From Phoronis australis (lineage: Eukaryota; Animalia; Phoronida), in assembly GCA_002633005.1 (NCBI GenBank), contig NMRA01000020.1, positions 1,521,650 to 1,585,649 on the forward strand: 64,000 nucleotides of DNA, written 5' to 3'. This document shows, piece by piece, positions 50,060 through 64,000 of the stretch. How positions within the stretch are numbered: the first letter of the stretch is position 1; each line of letters begins with the position of its first letter. The translations under genes were made by a program, and so were the position numbers. The notes beneath the pieces were generated by a model, which searched no databases, was not told the DNA's origin, and saw only the letters and a program-made list of their open reading frames with translations.

Positions 50060-50990
50060 AAAGCTAAAGACCGGACGGGGAGCATGCAAAATCTGGGAAC
50101 GAACCGACACTCACCTTGTCCGTTACAGCCGGAAAAACAATGCGATAAACGTCATTTTCTTGCGTAACTCTCCGCCTTTTCTAACAATGAAAAGTGTGTC
50201 GTCGTTTTGAAAACAGTACGCTCGTGTCACGCACACGCGCCATTTCCTAACTTTTCGTGACATCTCTCGGAAGATGATGATAGCTTGGCAGCAGCAAAAT
50301 TTCTTCTGAAATTCAGTTTTTCGGTATCAAAATTCTAAAGACTTATAATGAAGTGAAACCAGATAATTTGTTGTGACATGTACGCAACCTCGTGAAAGAA
50401 CAACAGTTAATTGAAGAATCGGCGAAAACAGAAACTGGCCAATAGGTGACTAAATATTTCATGGCGCCGAAAGCCATCGCTAAAGATCGCTCCACAAATT
50501 TAGCAGCAGAATAACGGCAGCACGCCATTTTTCCAACACCGTTAAATAATTAAGTTTACTCAAGGAAGACTGTAGTTTTTAATGACACTAATTTTGTGTC
50601 AGATTTTATCTTACCATTTTTTACCCACATCGGTGCAAAGCTGTATATTTAGTATACAGCTTTGTACCAAGGCTAGCAAAACAATAAAAGTCAGTCTTGA
50701 ATTCGATATTTCTCTATCCAGTCCTATGCACTTACATACTTTCCACGTGAGATTTTACTCACTAAACAGTTGGCAATATACACCTTAAAATACTAGCGAA
50801 AAAATACGACCGTAAAATTACGAGGGTAAACAATAGCGTAAAATTGTGAGCGTACAACTTTTTCAGAACTCACGTGACTTACAAACCAACTTCTCATTGG
50901 ATATACGATTACGATCGCGAAGTCCGACGGTTGTAGTCACACGAGCGTAATTACAGCGGCACTTTGCTCCGAACGGCCCCCGATTATCGA

Positions 50991-51434
50991 AGGCCAAGAA
51001 CGACATAATAGTCCTATTTATTACAGTAATAACTCCCAATTAGTCAATCAGAAGCCAGGAATAATTATTGAAATTATATTTATTACTGTAATTAATATTT
51101 GTTCCAGAAATACATTTTTATTACTGGAATAAATTAACCAATCAGATGCCAGGAATAATTATTGTAATAAATACATCGGACTTACGTCGGACTTGGCCTA
51201 CTATAGGCCAACTGCGATATAAGTCCGATTTATATCCGTAATAATTCCCCGATTTATTTCAGTTATAATTCTTCAGCCAATATAAATGAGGAATAATTAT
51301 TGTAATAAATAATTATTACCATGTATTTATTCCAGTAATAAATATTTATTACACTATTCCTGCTTCTGATTGGCTAAAGAATTATTACTGGAATAAATCG
51401 CGAATTAGCTCAGTAATAAACCAGACTTGGCCTA
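50991..51434. mobile_element. Two adjacent TAGGCCAA..TTGGCCTA MITEs (Academ-like ends)
   Basis: Units at about 50991-51200 and 51204-51434, flanked and separated by cga/cta/cga triplets; internal ggaataattattg / ccaatcaga inverted sub-repeats. Confidence 0.55.
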
Positions 51435-54353
51435 CGATACACCATAGTTAACCTCGTTTTACAAGGTTTCTATGTGGAAACGAGGCCCAATAGGTTTTCC
51501 CGAGATATTCATCCAAAACACGGCGCGACTTAATTACGTACTCAACGTTGTCAAGCAAAGGAGTTCCTTGGGCGGAATGTGCGTGAAACACGAGTCATTA
51601 TCATTCAGGTTACATGGGTTGTCCTCAAATGATTCCTCTCAGGCCATGACATTTACACCAGTAGCAGATGCATGCTATTGCCGTGTGATCCATCTGTTTT
51701 TGGAGTTTGCTGGAGGACCTGGATTCAAATCTAGCACAAGTTGCAACTTTACTATTTCAGGGTCAAATTTGATGCTTCAAAACCGAATTGTGGGCATTTG
51801 TTTACAGTAAAGACAAATTCACCCAACGGAAACAAAAATATATTCAACGTTTCAATGGAGCCAGGCAAGGTTGATTTATAATATGAGCCAACCAAATCCA
51901 GAGAGCTGGGATGTCCACGCTTAGCATGCTGTCTTTACTTTCACAACAGAAAATTTGGTAAAGTTGACATGATAAAAAAAGACAGGGCGGCTACGTCCAC
52001 TGGGTGTGTTCTCAAATTCGACATATTCGGCTATGATGGCCAGAGTGGCTAGCTTACTCGAGCTAGATAGAAAGTGGGGGAGACAGGCAGATGTCATACC
52101 CTCCCCTACTTGTCGTAAAAATTCGGGAGATTTCATCTACTGCAAATGGTATTCAATAGCTGTGCATATGGTCGTTTTTCAAATGCATTGTGTGAGACGC
52201 TTGTCAGCTACTAAACATCGCTGGACAATTGGACAGTTGGAGATCGTTTATAAACGTGCTGGTGCCAAGTCACTCTGAAGACGAATAAAGGTAGTGTGAT
52301 CACGAGCTTAGCCTTTAATAAATGGCAACATCTCGTGAAGTCATGCGTTTTCATGTGTTCCTTGTGTCTACGGAACGCAGGCATGTCAGTTTAAATGGCA
52401 AGATTTAAATTCCGAGTAGTCGGAAGGCGCGTGGCTCAAGAATCCTTCGCGCAGTGCTGTATGTATTCCTTCGATGCAGTTTTAGTTAAATTTCAATTTT
52501 TTATTTTTATTTTACGGTTGTTTTGTCATAGTCGCGCCAAAAAGCATGTTGCGTTAGATTTGTACTTTCAGTTAGGGTGAACTCAGGTGATAAGTGTTGA
52601 TTCAGTAACCAATTTTGTGGACCAAGTTATCGGTGGCGTCACCGACAACCGAGAACCATCCCATAATGCATTTGAATAACGACAGCAGCACCGCAGACGA
52701 AATCCCCCCAACTGATTTTAGAGCTCTTCAAAAGTGAACGAAAACGTTTGCAGTAAAGCGGAACTAGTGCTTTGACAATAATTAAACCCACACCTCTTTT
52801 CCGCTCCCACTTGAACCCGCTGCCGCACAAATCCTCCATTTGCCCTAACCACTGAGAATTTATACTATACCAACAATTATAGGGGAGGGTTGGTCCTGAG
52901 ATGAGATGAAAAATTCGACTAGTATATTGTCCAATTGACATTTTTACCGATAGCGAAGACGGCGGTGACGACAACGACAACAACGACGGCGATGAGACTG
53001 TCACCTGGCGGTAAGAGGAAATTCTCTGGGATTGTCTTTTAATGCCGAATTGGATGAAGTAATATCTATCAATCAGTATTTACAGCTGTAGCAACTAAAG
53101 TGTGCGCATCTGAGAATAACGCGATTTGGATAAAAGGATGAAGCGTGACGACGGCAATTAGTTCAAACTGAGCGAATTCTATAATTTCAAAACGCACTCG
53201 CGCATTTCGACGATTGTAACAAAATTATTAGACATCTCCCAGTTGTTGTCCGTCGCTAAGTGCATGTCGTGTCGCGTACTGACGCATGGCAGTTGCATTA
53301 ACCAAGAAATATTGTTCGATTTCGCACGAAATTGGCTATTTCAAAATTGATTTTTGTTGTTCGTAACAGAAGTGTATTCGCGCTGCCATTTCAATTAACT
53401 CGCTGAGTTAAGAACACCTGCTGATCGATCTTAGTACAAGGTGGAAACGGTAATGCGTTCGAGATTTGCCTAGCTAAGACATTACCCCATACGTAACAGA
53501 TTTACAGTCTCGTTCATAACAGTTCATGAGAAGATAGCAACTCTAGAAATGAGCTTTGCAGCGTTTTTTTTTTGAAAGAATGTTGAGTTTTTTTTGAGCG
53601 TTTTTGTTAGTGCTGGATTAAGTCTGGGTGCTTTGATAATGGAACGGAAGTGACTTTCTAATAACAGCTGGACTGAAAGACAACTTTTTAAAAAGATATC
53701 CCACACGTGTACCTGGGATTTGGAAATTCCACTCGGACTTTTAGGGGATGTCATAAATTATGCATTTCTACTTTGTGAACATGATTTTTTCTTGGTTTCG
53801 CGGCAAAAACAAAACTGTTTACTGCAACCTCATATTCGGAACTTCGTCCACGCACGACATAACTGGGGTACACATTTTATTTTGGGTCTATTGCACTTTT
53901 AAGAACTGGACAATGGGAGAGGTCATGGCGGTGCCTGAACGTATGTATCACATACCAATTTAGCGACCACGTTCACTATATTGAACACTTGTTTTGAACG
54001 TCTGTTTTGAACACGCTCCTCCACAAGAAAATAGAGGTTCTTAATTATCAGATGCGTGATGGCTTCATCATTTATTACTCAAAAAGAAAAATAACACCAT
54101 GGATTTCTATCTCCAGTACAACCACGTAGTATGAGTTACTCGCTCGTAGTTAGACACATACTGAGCATCTTCTCTGCATCAGTGGATGGTGGAGGGCTTT
54201 CTTTTTATTATGTGAATAGATTAAGAGCAGAGAGCAAGACTGCGTTCCGTAGACGCAAGAATACCACGAAAACGCAAAGTCTTTGCAAGATATGGCCATG
54301 GAATACAAGCCAAACTCGTAACCACATTAGCTAGTCTCGCGATTGTCTGTGTG

Positions 54354-54590
54354 TATCGTTGGCCAAGAGGATGGACGTTACGTGAGTAAGTTACGTGCGT
54401 GAATTAACTATTGCTAACTGCGTAACTTAATTCTTAACGGCGTACAATATTTCTTAATGGCGATAATTAATCACTTATGATGTAGTTTAATTATTTACGG
54501 CGCAATTTAACTTTTAACTGTGTAAATCAATTTTTTACGACGTAAATTAATTTTATCCATGTAAACCAATTACTTAAAGTAACATTACGT
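54354..54590. mobile_element. 5' half of the IS3EU-like MITE family
   Basis: Starts TATCGTTGGCCAA, followed by gcgtaaattaa-type sub-repeats. Confidence 0.65.
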
Positions 54591-55287
54591 GGACAGTAAC
54601 AGCGATTTTCAGAGAACAGCCCCAGCTTCAAAAGTCTATCGTGACCAACAAGAACCCCAAACTCCGTTTTCTTGGCAGTTAAACCGATAACACCCCTTAA
54701 TTTACTAGAGAATTTACACAGGTGCGTAATTAGTTCACACCGCCTCAAAACACTGTCATTTACCGAGTGCACTACAGTGTTGGTGTACGCCTGTTGGGGT
54801 CGCGAGTTCGATTTTGTCTTGGGGCTGATCTAGAAAAGTTTTCTCACCGACTGTTCCACTTTTTTAAAGTAATTCACATGGCTCAAGTCTCTCCTCACGG
54901 GAACACAGAGCCGTGCTCTACTCCGAAGGCTTGCTATATAAATTTTTAACTCGGGTGTAATTTTTATATTTCCATATGCAAAAATAATCGATGCTTCGGT
55001 TATTACTCGCAGCGGTGTACCTACCGAAAACGAGGCCCGAGTACTAATACACGTTGTTTGGGTTTCCGGTGCATGCGAAAGTGCACTTCAAAGAATGTGT
55101 TGTGAATTTGGACGAATGAATACTTGCTTTCATTTCTTAATAGAACATGACGTAAGACTATTTATGAATTGTCAACCACAATATACCGGTATTCACCAGG
55201 TCCATTTCCTACTTACACCATTTCATAGCGCGACAGAGAAAGTTAACCCGCTGCGCTTCACCGGAACCACGCGCACGACCCGGTCAA

Positions 55288-56625
55288 ATTTACACGTCAA
55301 GTAGTAGGCTAGTACATTGCCCCACCTATTTTGATTGAACATTTTCAATTTCTTTTCTATGGCTAGTACTCCATATTTCTGTTCAATAGAATACAAGAGC
55401 ATTCGCAGAGCGCTGACATGCACCCACAGTGTGCATCTCAAATATCAACATTCTCACTAAAGGGAGGAATGCTAGTAAACTTAAAATAGCCTTTATAGGG
55501 CTGCATAACAAGCCAACAATGCTCTCCTCACCAGCTAAGATCGTAAAAATGGCACTAGGGGGCACAGCGGTAGGCAGAATGTCGTTATCATCCGTTGTCA
55601 CGTTCATAGAAATACATTTGCTAATTCCACAAAGATCATGTCGAGGTTTAGTAGAAATAGCTGCGGATGCGAAAAAAGCAGAGGAGGCAGAGGAAAACCG
55701 GAAAAATGCCATTAGAGATCCATCTGAAAGTCGTCATCATCCGTTGCTACTTTCCTACAAATACACATTCCAAATTTAACTTAGATCGTGCATAGGTATT
55801 AGGAGATAAAGCCCGGGCGAAAAAAGAAAATGCCATTAGGAGGCACCACAGTAGTCAGAGCCGTCCGAAAATCATCGCCAGTCGTCTTCGTTCCAGTAGG
55901 GACATATACATGGGCGGCGCACTATAGGGGGCTGAGGGGAGGGCTATAGCCCCCANATTTACACGTCAAGTAGTAGGCTAGTACATTGCCCCACCCATTT
56001 TGATTGAACATTTTCAATTTCTTTTCTATGGCTAGTACTCCATATTTCTGTTCAATAGAATACAAGAGCATTCGCAGAGCGCTGACATGCACCCGCCCAC
56101 AGTGTGCATCTCATATATCAACATTCTCACTAAAGGGAGGAATGCTAGTAAACTTAAAATAGCCTTTATAGGGCTGCATAACAAGCCAATGCTCTCCTCA
56201 CCAGCTAAGATCGTAAAAATGGCACTAGGGGGCACAGCGGTAAGCAGAATGTCGTTATCATCCGTTGTCACGTTCATAGAAATACATTTGCTAATTCCAC
56301 AAAGATCATGTCGAGGTTTAGTAGAAATAGCTGCGGATGCGAAAAAAGCAGAGGAGACAGAGGAAAACCGGAAAAATGCCATTAGAGATCCATCTGAAAG
56401 TCGTCATCATCCGTTGCTACTTTCCTACAAATACACATTCCAAATTTAACTTAGATCGTGCATAGGTATTAGGAGATAAAGCCCGGGCGAAAAAAGAAAA
56501 TGCCATTAGGAGGCACCACAGTAGTCAGAGCCGTCCGAAAATCATCGCCAGTCGTCTTCGTTCCAGTAGGGACATATACATGGGCGGCGCACTATAGGGG
56601 GCTGAGGGGAGGGCTATAGCCCCCA
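55288..56625. other. ~670-bp tandem duplication across a single-N gap (haplotype-overlap artefact)
   Basis: 55288-55955 and 55957-56625 are near-identical with a few SNPs and indels; N at 55956. Confidence 0.8.
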
Positions 56626-57120
56626 CTCAGTCTTTTCAGTTCTGTGCCGTCCATGTTATAGGTCAAGTGTTATTATAATAATAATAATCATTTTTAGAGT
56701 GGTTTGGCTCAGAGAAGGACGCAAAAACATACTCGAGAACAGTAAAAATGGCCACTAGGTGGCGCAAAATACCTCGGATAAGTACGAAAACGGGATTAGT
56801 GGGTCATCTCACAAACAGATTCCTATTTGTCAAATTTCATAAGAATTGATTTAGGAACTTCAAAGATACAGAGGAAAACGGAAAAATGCCACTAGTGGGA
56901 ACAGCGGTGGTCGGATTCGTCCGACAGTCGTCGTCGTCCATTGTCAGTTTTGTATACACAAATTTGCCCAATTTAATAAAGATGCTGCCGAGGGTTTAGG
57001 AGATACACGCATGAACGCAAAAACCAACACTGTCATAAGGAGGCGCCACAGTAGTCGAAAAACTCCTAGACAACAAACAACGGGCAGTTATTGTCATTTG
57101 AAGTACGAGTACATTTTTGA
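55545..57120 (+). repeat. Diverged ~125-160-bp tandem units with a CCACTAGGTGGC-like core (partly duplicated by an assembly overlap)
   Basis: Recurrent aaaatg(g)c(c)a(c/t)tag(g/t)(g/a/t)ggc at about 55546, 55703, 55827, 56216, 56373, 56497, 56745 and 56883, each followed by similar gtcgtc..tccgtt and aaattt..aagatc blocks. Confidence 0.6.
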
Positions 57121-57494
57121 CAAAACGTGTGTACTAGTACAATGGTGCAAAGAAGCATAGTTGGTTTTGGTCCGTGGCCTGACTAATTTTGATTCCTGCG
57201 TTCAATGACTATACAAAAAAAACAAGAAAAAAGCGCCGCTAGCACCAATTTCATCCAAGAGCTCGTGTTTTATTGAAAAGCTACGCAAAGGCACGCAAGC
57301 AATGTTTGAAACGCCATGATTTCCCAAGCGAATTACATGTAAAAGAAGCACTGAGAAGTGCTCGGCGGAGCTTCAGTGGTTTAGTCCATTTGAGATGCAT
57401 TCATCCAGGTCCATATTTCTACGGGCGGCTGCCCCGTGTCTTTCCGCCTTTTCTTTGTACCGACGCAGCCTTTTTGTAACCTCAATGTTCAGCC

Positions 57495-57850
57495 ACTTTT
57501 TGATATGTTAAAGCGAATTCTACCATACTAGATCAAGGATGGACAGAAATCCAATGACCTTCTTAACACCACGCTCAAACCAGTCATTGCCCCTGTCAAT
57601 AATTCATGTATTTTGAGCCAACAATTCACATCCAGTCACACTGAGATGTTCCTATAATACCGATTGGTAACCGTGCTACGTCTCCGGTGTTGAGACATCC
57701 TTTTATGAACCGGATGTTCAGTCTCACCTATATACGCTTCTGAACGCACCTCTCCCGGGTTGTCCAAGAGGGGTCTATCTTTGGGGTCCCGGTGTGTGAA
57801 CTGAAAGCTCTTCAAAAAGTGCCACTGACATAATTTTATACGGTGAACTA
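57495..57850 (-). pseudogene. Penelope-like retroelement GIY-YIG endonuclease remnant
   Basis: The minus strand translates as EAYIGETEHPVHKRMSQHRRRS and IIDRGNDWFERGVKK, matching Penelope YIGETxRxLxxRxxEH and LDRExxWFERGVKEAI motifs; it is frameshifted. Confidence 0.8.
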
Positions 57851-60800
57851 ACTGTAGTTTTTCTGTTGTTGTCTACATGTATTTCTGTTCATGTCTCCTC
57901 ATTCCTGCGCTTACTTAATTAACACAATTAGTAGTGCTTCACTCCTGCTACCCATATCTACTTAGAGCAGGCGTAGTGACCACTTGTTCGTACTCCTTTT
58001 GTCTGTTTCATGAAGTGACTTAAGGCGGCACTCTACAAGATTTGCTGATTTTGCCGGACTTGCAAAACCATGCAGGCCGTGTCACCAGCAACACTGTCTG
58101 ATGCAGTACAGGATATACAAAACCTGAATTTAAGAACAGTGAACCAAAGACCTCAACCTTGCACAAAGTCTATTGATACTGATCCCAATGCCAATTTGTG
58201 CATTTTTTCGACTACCGAAAGTGCAACCGACTACTAGTTGAAACAACAAGCAAAATACACCGAGTCAGCAGTTTTACCCCAAAGCCAGCATTTGCATGCC
58301 ACTTCTATAACTGAGAGACAATGCATCCTGACTGCCGAAATCCCAGGTGAAAATCGGGCGTCGACCAGCCAGATTTTTACAAAACCAAAGGGTACCCGAA
58401 TTTCCTGCTAAATTTCAACTTCATGCTTGCAAGCAGTAAAGGTTTAAGAAAAGATACGGCTGACCAAAAATGGGTCAAGGGGACCACAGCTGGCAACCTT
58501 TAATCAGAACAGATTAAAAATCAAGCAAATGCCATTCGTCGACTTCACATATGCAGCAGAACAATTAAAACGCCCAACCAACCCACCAGGCGCCAACTTG
58601 AAATTGGGGCAGGCAAATACAACCGTGGCTGAAAAAAGCTATTGAGTGTCCCCCAAGACTACAGAAATTTGGTCTTATTCTCCACACAACAATTATTTCA
58701 GGAAAATTATTAAGTCTCGCTATCCCAAACATGTGTCACCGTCATTTCATTAGTGTTTGCGCTGCACTTGTTAGCATGCGAAAGGTAATCGCCCTCTTAA
58801 GCGAATGCGAAATTCAATAAATGGCACTGGTGTAACAGGGGTCCTTTCCGTAGAAATGGACGGATTTAAGGCTGCGTAGCGTAGAACAAAGAGCAAGCTT
58901 CTTGCTAGAAAAGCGAGATCACGCAGGTTTTCGGGAGATATCGTCATGCGATACAATTAACCTAACCACGTGGTCACACTAACTTTACTCCCGGTGGAAC
59001 TGCGCCCGTGGTCCCATGCACCTCGGTCACGAATGCCCCATGCTTTGTGCTCTCAGTCTATTCAGATGTTATAAACAGGCGCCTTTCTTCATTTGCACAA
59101 ATAAGTGAACGTCGAATCGCCCATTGTAATTTTTTATGCTGAGTCATCGCACATCTAGCCCATTGCCGGAATGATATGCACCCTAAAAGGACAACAAGCC
59201 CTGTTTCGGTGATTTCACCCAAAACTGACCCTGTATCGTGTTATTGCACTATTCCTGCGTCCCCCGAAACATAAAAGCTGCGACACAATTTTCTCAAAGT
59301 GGATCCCTGGTTGTTCGAGGCGGGGTCTGTCCCCACAACCGTCTATACTCACCCGAAGCGTTTCTTCCTCTTAATTGCCGATTTCGCAGATTTTACAAAG
59401 AAGTTTGAGTCTTATCTCAACCCTTTGAGGGTTGACGACGGTTTCAGGATATTGTTTTGTTACTTAGAAATTAAGTAATGTTGGCAACGGGAAACATGGT
59501 AATGTATGATGAAATTTTTAAAACTGAAATCTGGCATTGTTGTTCGAATTCAGTGACTACAGAGAAAATAAAGCCCTCAAGATAACAATAGAAACAGTGA
59601 AATGAATACTCATAACAACGACAACGTTAATATCAATAAGTAGCGTTGGGCAACAATTCACCACGTGACGCACCTTTTTTCTCACGACACTGAATCATAC
59701 AGTAACATTTACGTACTATATTAATTTAAAGCCCATACATTCGACATTTCTAGCTGCCACATTCGGTCTTACGAGTTGAACCAAATTTGTTGTTCTTAGT
59801 GTTCTTAACCCTGAAATAAACAAAATTGTAGATCTCATCAAGTGACAGGTCAGTGCCGTGACTGGAATAGTAACTGACGTCATGCCAACCATTTTGTTTA
59901 TACTGATGTATTGTGTTATGGGAATCAAGACAGGGAATTTTGATTTTTCTGATTCGACAGTATCGTTATTTGTCTTTTCACGACAGAGCCAACGCAGGTA
60001 CTTAGAACCGATACTTGCATGCTATTATTATCGTTAATTAGGTCGACAGCTCGGCGGATCTCATGTTAAATCTCTCCTCAGAGAACAGCGCAAGTGTAGT
60101 TCATGTATTTTGAAAATAACCTTCATTATAGTGTGTCTGCGTCCGGTCAACAACGATATCAAAGCCTACAATCGATTTTACGACACAAATCAGTGTCTTA
60201 AAGACTTTGATTTTGACGGTCTTTATTCTATGTACATCTACAATGTTTAGTTTTCTGGAAAGAAATTTCAAAAACTATTGAGTTAAGCCCTTAAAATAGC
60301 AACTTTGAGGGTGCAGATGAAAATGCAGCGATGACGTGTCACTCCGAAAGCATTATTAAAAACACAGTTTGCTAGTTTACATTTAAGTTGCAATAATTTA
60401 AACTACACGAAGCATTTGTGCCGTACATAGCGCTAGCTTTGAGCGCAGACCATGGTATAAGCAAACTCTACTGTATAAAAGTAACATTGCCAGATAATTT
60501 CAATGATTTTCTTGTTATCTGACAAATATTTAAGCGCAGAGCTAGATTAATGATTTTTATTAGAAATAATTTCGTTTCAATAAAACCAAAGTAGTCCAAG
60601 TCCCATCAGAGAGACTTTCACCCTCCACGTGTCTCAGCACTGCACCAAACTTACAAGCCCCGTTGACAAGCCCTGGATATTGGGAATTCGTTCAAAATTT
60701 ACTAATACTTTAAAAACATTTTGATTTGTTGTCGGTAAGTACAGCTTTAAACACAGCGCTGTTTTGCATCTACTCATAGACTGTAACCCAACCATTTGCG

Positions 60801-61203
60801 TTTTTCGAACCTCCGACATATCGACTTTCCTTTGGAAGTGGTTAAGATTAAAGGAAAGCCGGTTTAATTCAGATGTAATACCCAGGAGGCAATCTTACGT
60901 CAACCCGTTGTCAACAATTTCAGCCTCCATGGAAAGCCTGCCTACGCCGTTATGAAACTTAGGGTATGCAGTGAACCGCGGTTTCAAAGCTTTATACCTG
61001 GCGACGGAGATATCGATGCTCTGTACATAGACCGTAGTTCCAGGCCCGTAGGAAGGCAAAAGTTATGGGGGGGGGCACAAACCACTTCGACTTCGCCAAA
61101 CACCACCCCCCCATAGCCGCCACCTCCGCCACCGCTCGCCCCCGCGCTCCTGATGACATCATATTTGTACCGAATCTCCGACGTCCGCCCTAGGTGGGGG
61201 TCA

Positions 61204-61356
61204 CAGTGGCGGATTTAGGGGTGGGCAAGGGGCCATGGCCCCCAAAAATTCTCCCAGATTCCACTTGGCAGTTCGGGGGTGCGGATTTCTGACGGGTAAA
61301 ATCCTGGCTAATACTCTGCCTTGCCCCCCAACTCAAAATCCTGAATCTGCCCCTAG
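61204..61356. mobile_element. GC-rich MITE related to 49746-50059
   Basis: CAGTGGCGGATTTAGGGG ... CCTGAATCTGCCCCTAG. Confidence 0.6.
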
Positions 61357-64000
61357 GACACAATCCCGGGGATGAAGCCATCAAGAGTTGAGTAACCGTG
61401 AACCAACACGGAGAGTAAGGTCGGGCCTAGGACCAGTGCACAGACCGGTTGCAAGGAGCTGCCTCAAGTAGCTATAACTGAGATCTAACAGTGTGAAAAT
61501 ACGAAATTCCCGATGAACTAAAGCTACATGTAGTTGCTGGTCAGCTCAGCAGTGATTCACTGTCCGTCTGAGCTCGCTCTAAGATGAGGATTCGTTTTAT
61601 TGTGATCCAGTCTCGCGAAAACTTTATTTTATTATGGTCATTCTTTGAAGGATTTTTTTTGAAAAGGTGAGGTCTTAAAGTCCCTGGCATAGTGCCTCTG
61701 GGGCTGTTTCAAAATGCCTTGTTGAAACACGACCGGTAGTCCAGTTTCTGACGACTGGGGAAAATGTACACACTTCCTGAACGCCTGGAGTTCAAATTCA
61801 GTTCACTGCGATTCTGCAACGGCCCACTGCATGGTTACGTCTTATTTTTAACATGGGTGCGTCAGTAATAACGTACACGCGAATAAGGACAAGCAATCAA
61901 TTCAGTTTTGAAGAACAAATTCATTGCTCAACACCACTGGAAAATAAAAACACCAAGGAAGTGCAAAGACAACCTTTCCAAGCAATGAGTTTAACTTTAT
62001 TAAGGATTTTTAAAACGTTTTTTCTATCTACTGTTTGTGAGTCCGAATTCCATCAATGTCTTTGAGAATTATATGCAAAAGTCGTCTATAAGTGTACTTT
62101 ACTATTTGGGGATCAGATTATAGAGTTTTTCCAAACTTTAGGCTGTAATTGCATTCACTGAAACATCGTCAATTATTACAATTCTTCAAATTGTCAAAAA
62201 TCATCTTTGAATCTATCGATTTTCATAGATTCATGAACAAGTAAATCAGAAACCAAAGAATTTGTTTATCAAAACGGAATGTTATAAGCAATTTCCGCAT
62301 GCATGCTTGCAGACTTTTGAAGGGTAACCGGGGGAATGTGGGCATTCGTATTATGGTGTATTTTGCTCATTTCAGAGTTACCTACAACGGTTCACGAGGT
62401 AAACTTGAATTCCACTGACAAAAAAACCCGCTGTTTATGATTGTGAGAGTTCTTTGAGTACTCACTTTCGACATGTACCCGGTCATCACAAATAGTAGCC
62501 TAGACAGCAGTGTTTTCCGCATAATTTTATAGGAATTCCTTACAAACAACTCATAGTAACTATCTTCAAAAGAGATACTATTCTTGTGATACTACGGGAA
62601 ACAGCAACATTATTTTATAACTAACCATCGGAAACAGTCCTTTTGTGTAATTCACAAATAGTGGTCTTCACGTTCTTCAAAATTCCACCCTTTCGATAGC
62701 TGCAATCCTACTCTATTTTTTCACATTTTTGGTTGTTTGGGTCGAATGGCTGTGTGTTTTGTGTTTTTTGATGAATTTTGAATCTCAATTTCCATCGTGT
62801 ATAGAGGGACAAAGGGTCATTTCCCTCGAACTGCTCCACCGAGAGAGGGTACGTCTGAAATGAGACACCTTAAGATGAAAGGCTAAACATCATTAAGCTT
62901 GGAAAAAAGAGTGGCGGTGCATTCCACCGTTGTGTGGTCCCAAAACCATGCAGGGAGTGACCTCCTTCAACATGAAAGCCGGTTGCACGATTTCACAAAA
63001 AACTGAAAATGAAGGTAATCGATTCCAACATTGGGCCCTCTCTCCGTGAGCGGCCTCCTAAGAATTTGTCTATAAAAACACAAAAAGAGTGGCCACTTGA
63101 ATGTCATCAATGGCCTCCTTCAAGGGTGGGGCCCCTAAATATGAACATATCTATATTTTCAAATATCGGGAAATACGCTGTAATTGATGTTATCTGTCAG
63201 GTCATCAATTTTTCTCAAGTAATATACAGTTTCGAGAAAAAAATAAAGCGAAAGTTGTCTCCATTATCCCTTGCCAGAGAGGAGCATATGCAAAAATATA
63301 GTTTTGTATTCGCAAAATTGTCTTATTGAATTTAACAATCCAGTAAATTAGTACGCTTCGCAAAAGCTTCGCTTAACAAATTTTTCGACATATATTTATG
63401 ATGGATTTCATGCACGTTTTCAAGAGCGCTTAGACGACCTGTGTTGCAAAAGCGGAGACCCTAACGGCAATGTCCTGACCAGGTAAACCATGCACTGATG
63501 CAGTGTTGTTAAATGTTCTCTTGAATTTTCTCTCTTATCCGTATTTCGCAGTCTTTATTTTCTCGACTGTCGGTTGCCACGGTTTAACCCTGACGCCTGA
63601 AAATGTTTTTTGGGGTGGGGGGCGTGCCCCCCGGCCCACGCTTCCTACGGCCCTAACGTCACATAATAATATGAAAAATACTATCTTCCCGAGAATCCGT
63701 AAGAAGCCGCCTTTCAATTTATCAACAAATGAACGTAGCACTCGCAGTTTCCGCTCCAGTAATTGTTTCTAATTCATACATAATTAACCAAATAAAGCCA
63801 GGAATTCATCATCACTAAAGGGAGGAATGTACCACTTTGGGGTGTAATTTTGGTCACTTCGGCACGTTTGACTCCATGTATATAACATTTACGCCTTTTA
63901 CGGCGACTCTTAACAAATGCAGATAAAACAAACTATAAAGTGACGTAATGGGTATATTTCGACATTTTGGCGATCAGGAGAGTGTTCCGTAGGCCACGTT

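Noticed and set aside
51700-51745. B-box-like GGATTCAAATC (similar motifs near 40250 and 54800) as tRNA genes
   Set aside because: There is no cloverleaf; at most these are decayed SINE heads.
55288-56625. Duplicated 109-120-aa ORFs on both strands
   Set aside because: These are a haplotype overlap at the N at 55956 inside a repeat, and the translations show no protein-family features.

Overview
This is a 64-kb piece of an intron-rich animal genome, probably a marine invertebrate (the taxon cannot be fixed from the sequence). The assembly has five single-N gaps, three flanked by duplicated haplotype overlaps. There are three host genes. (1) A + strand polypeptide N-acetylgalactosaminyltransferase most like Drosophila pgant9 / C. 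elegans gly-5: 11 exons from 138 to the stop at 18616, with the N-terminus upstream of the window. Two of them (7641-7854 and 11785-12010) are paralogous, same-phase catalytic-domain exons that can only be used mutually exclusively. (2) A complete - strand isopentenyl-diphosphate delta-isomerase (IDI1-like, 6 coding exons, 29171 to 22653), convergent with GALNT. It has an in-frame presequence-like first exon and a PTS1-like C-terminus (-HKM). (3) The first coding exon of an NCS-1/frequenin-type neuronal calcium sensor (45319-45382), whose first intron appears to run off the window. The rest is a varied set of transposon remnants. These are two TTAA-flanked THAP-bearing Kolobok-like elements, an inverted Penelope pair with decayed minimal hammerhead ribozymes, and a second Penelope GIY-YIG remnant. 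There is also a Helitron RepHel fragment split by an IS3EU-like MITE, CAG..CTG MITEs with 5- and 6-bp TSDs, tRNA-derived SINE heads and minisatellites. The most interesting candidate system is the mutually exclusive exon pair that swaps the peptide-acceptor-binding segment of the GalNAc-T catalytic domain, with candidate intronic RNA pairings around it.
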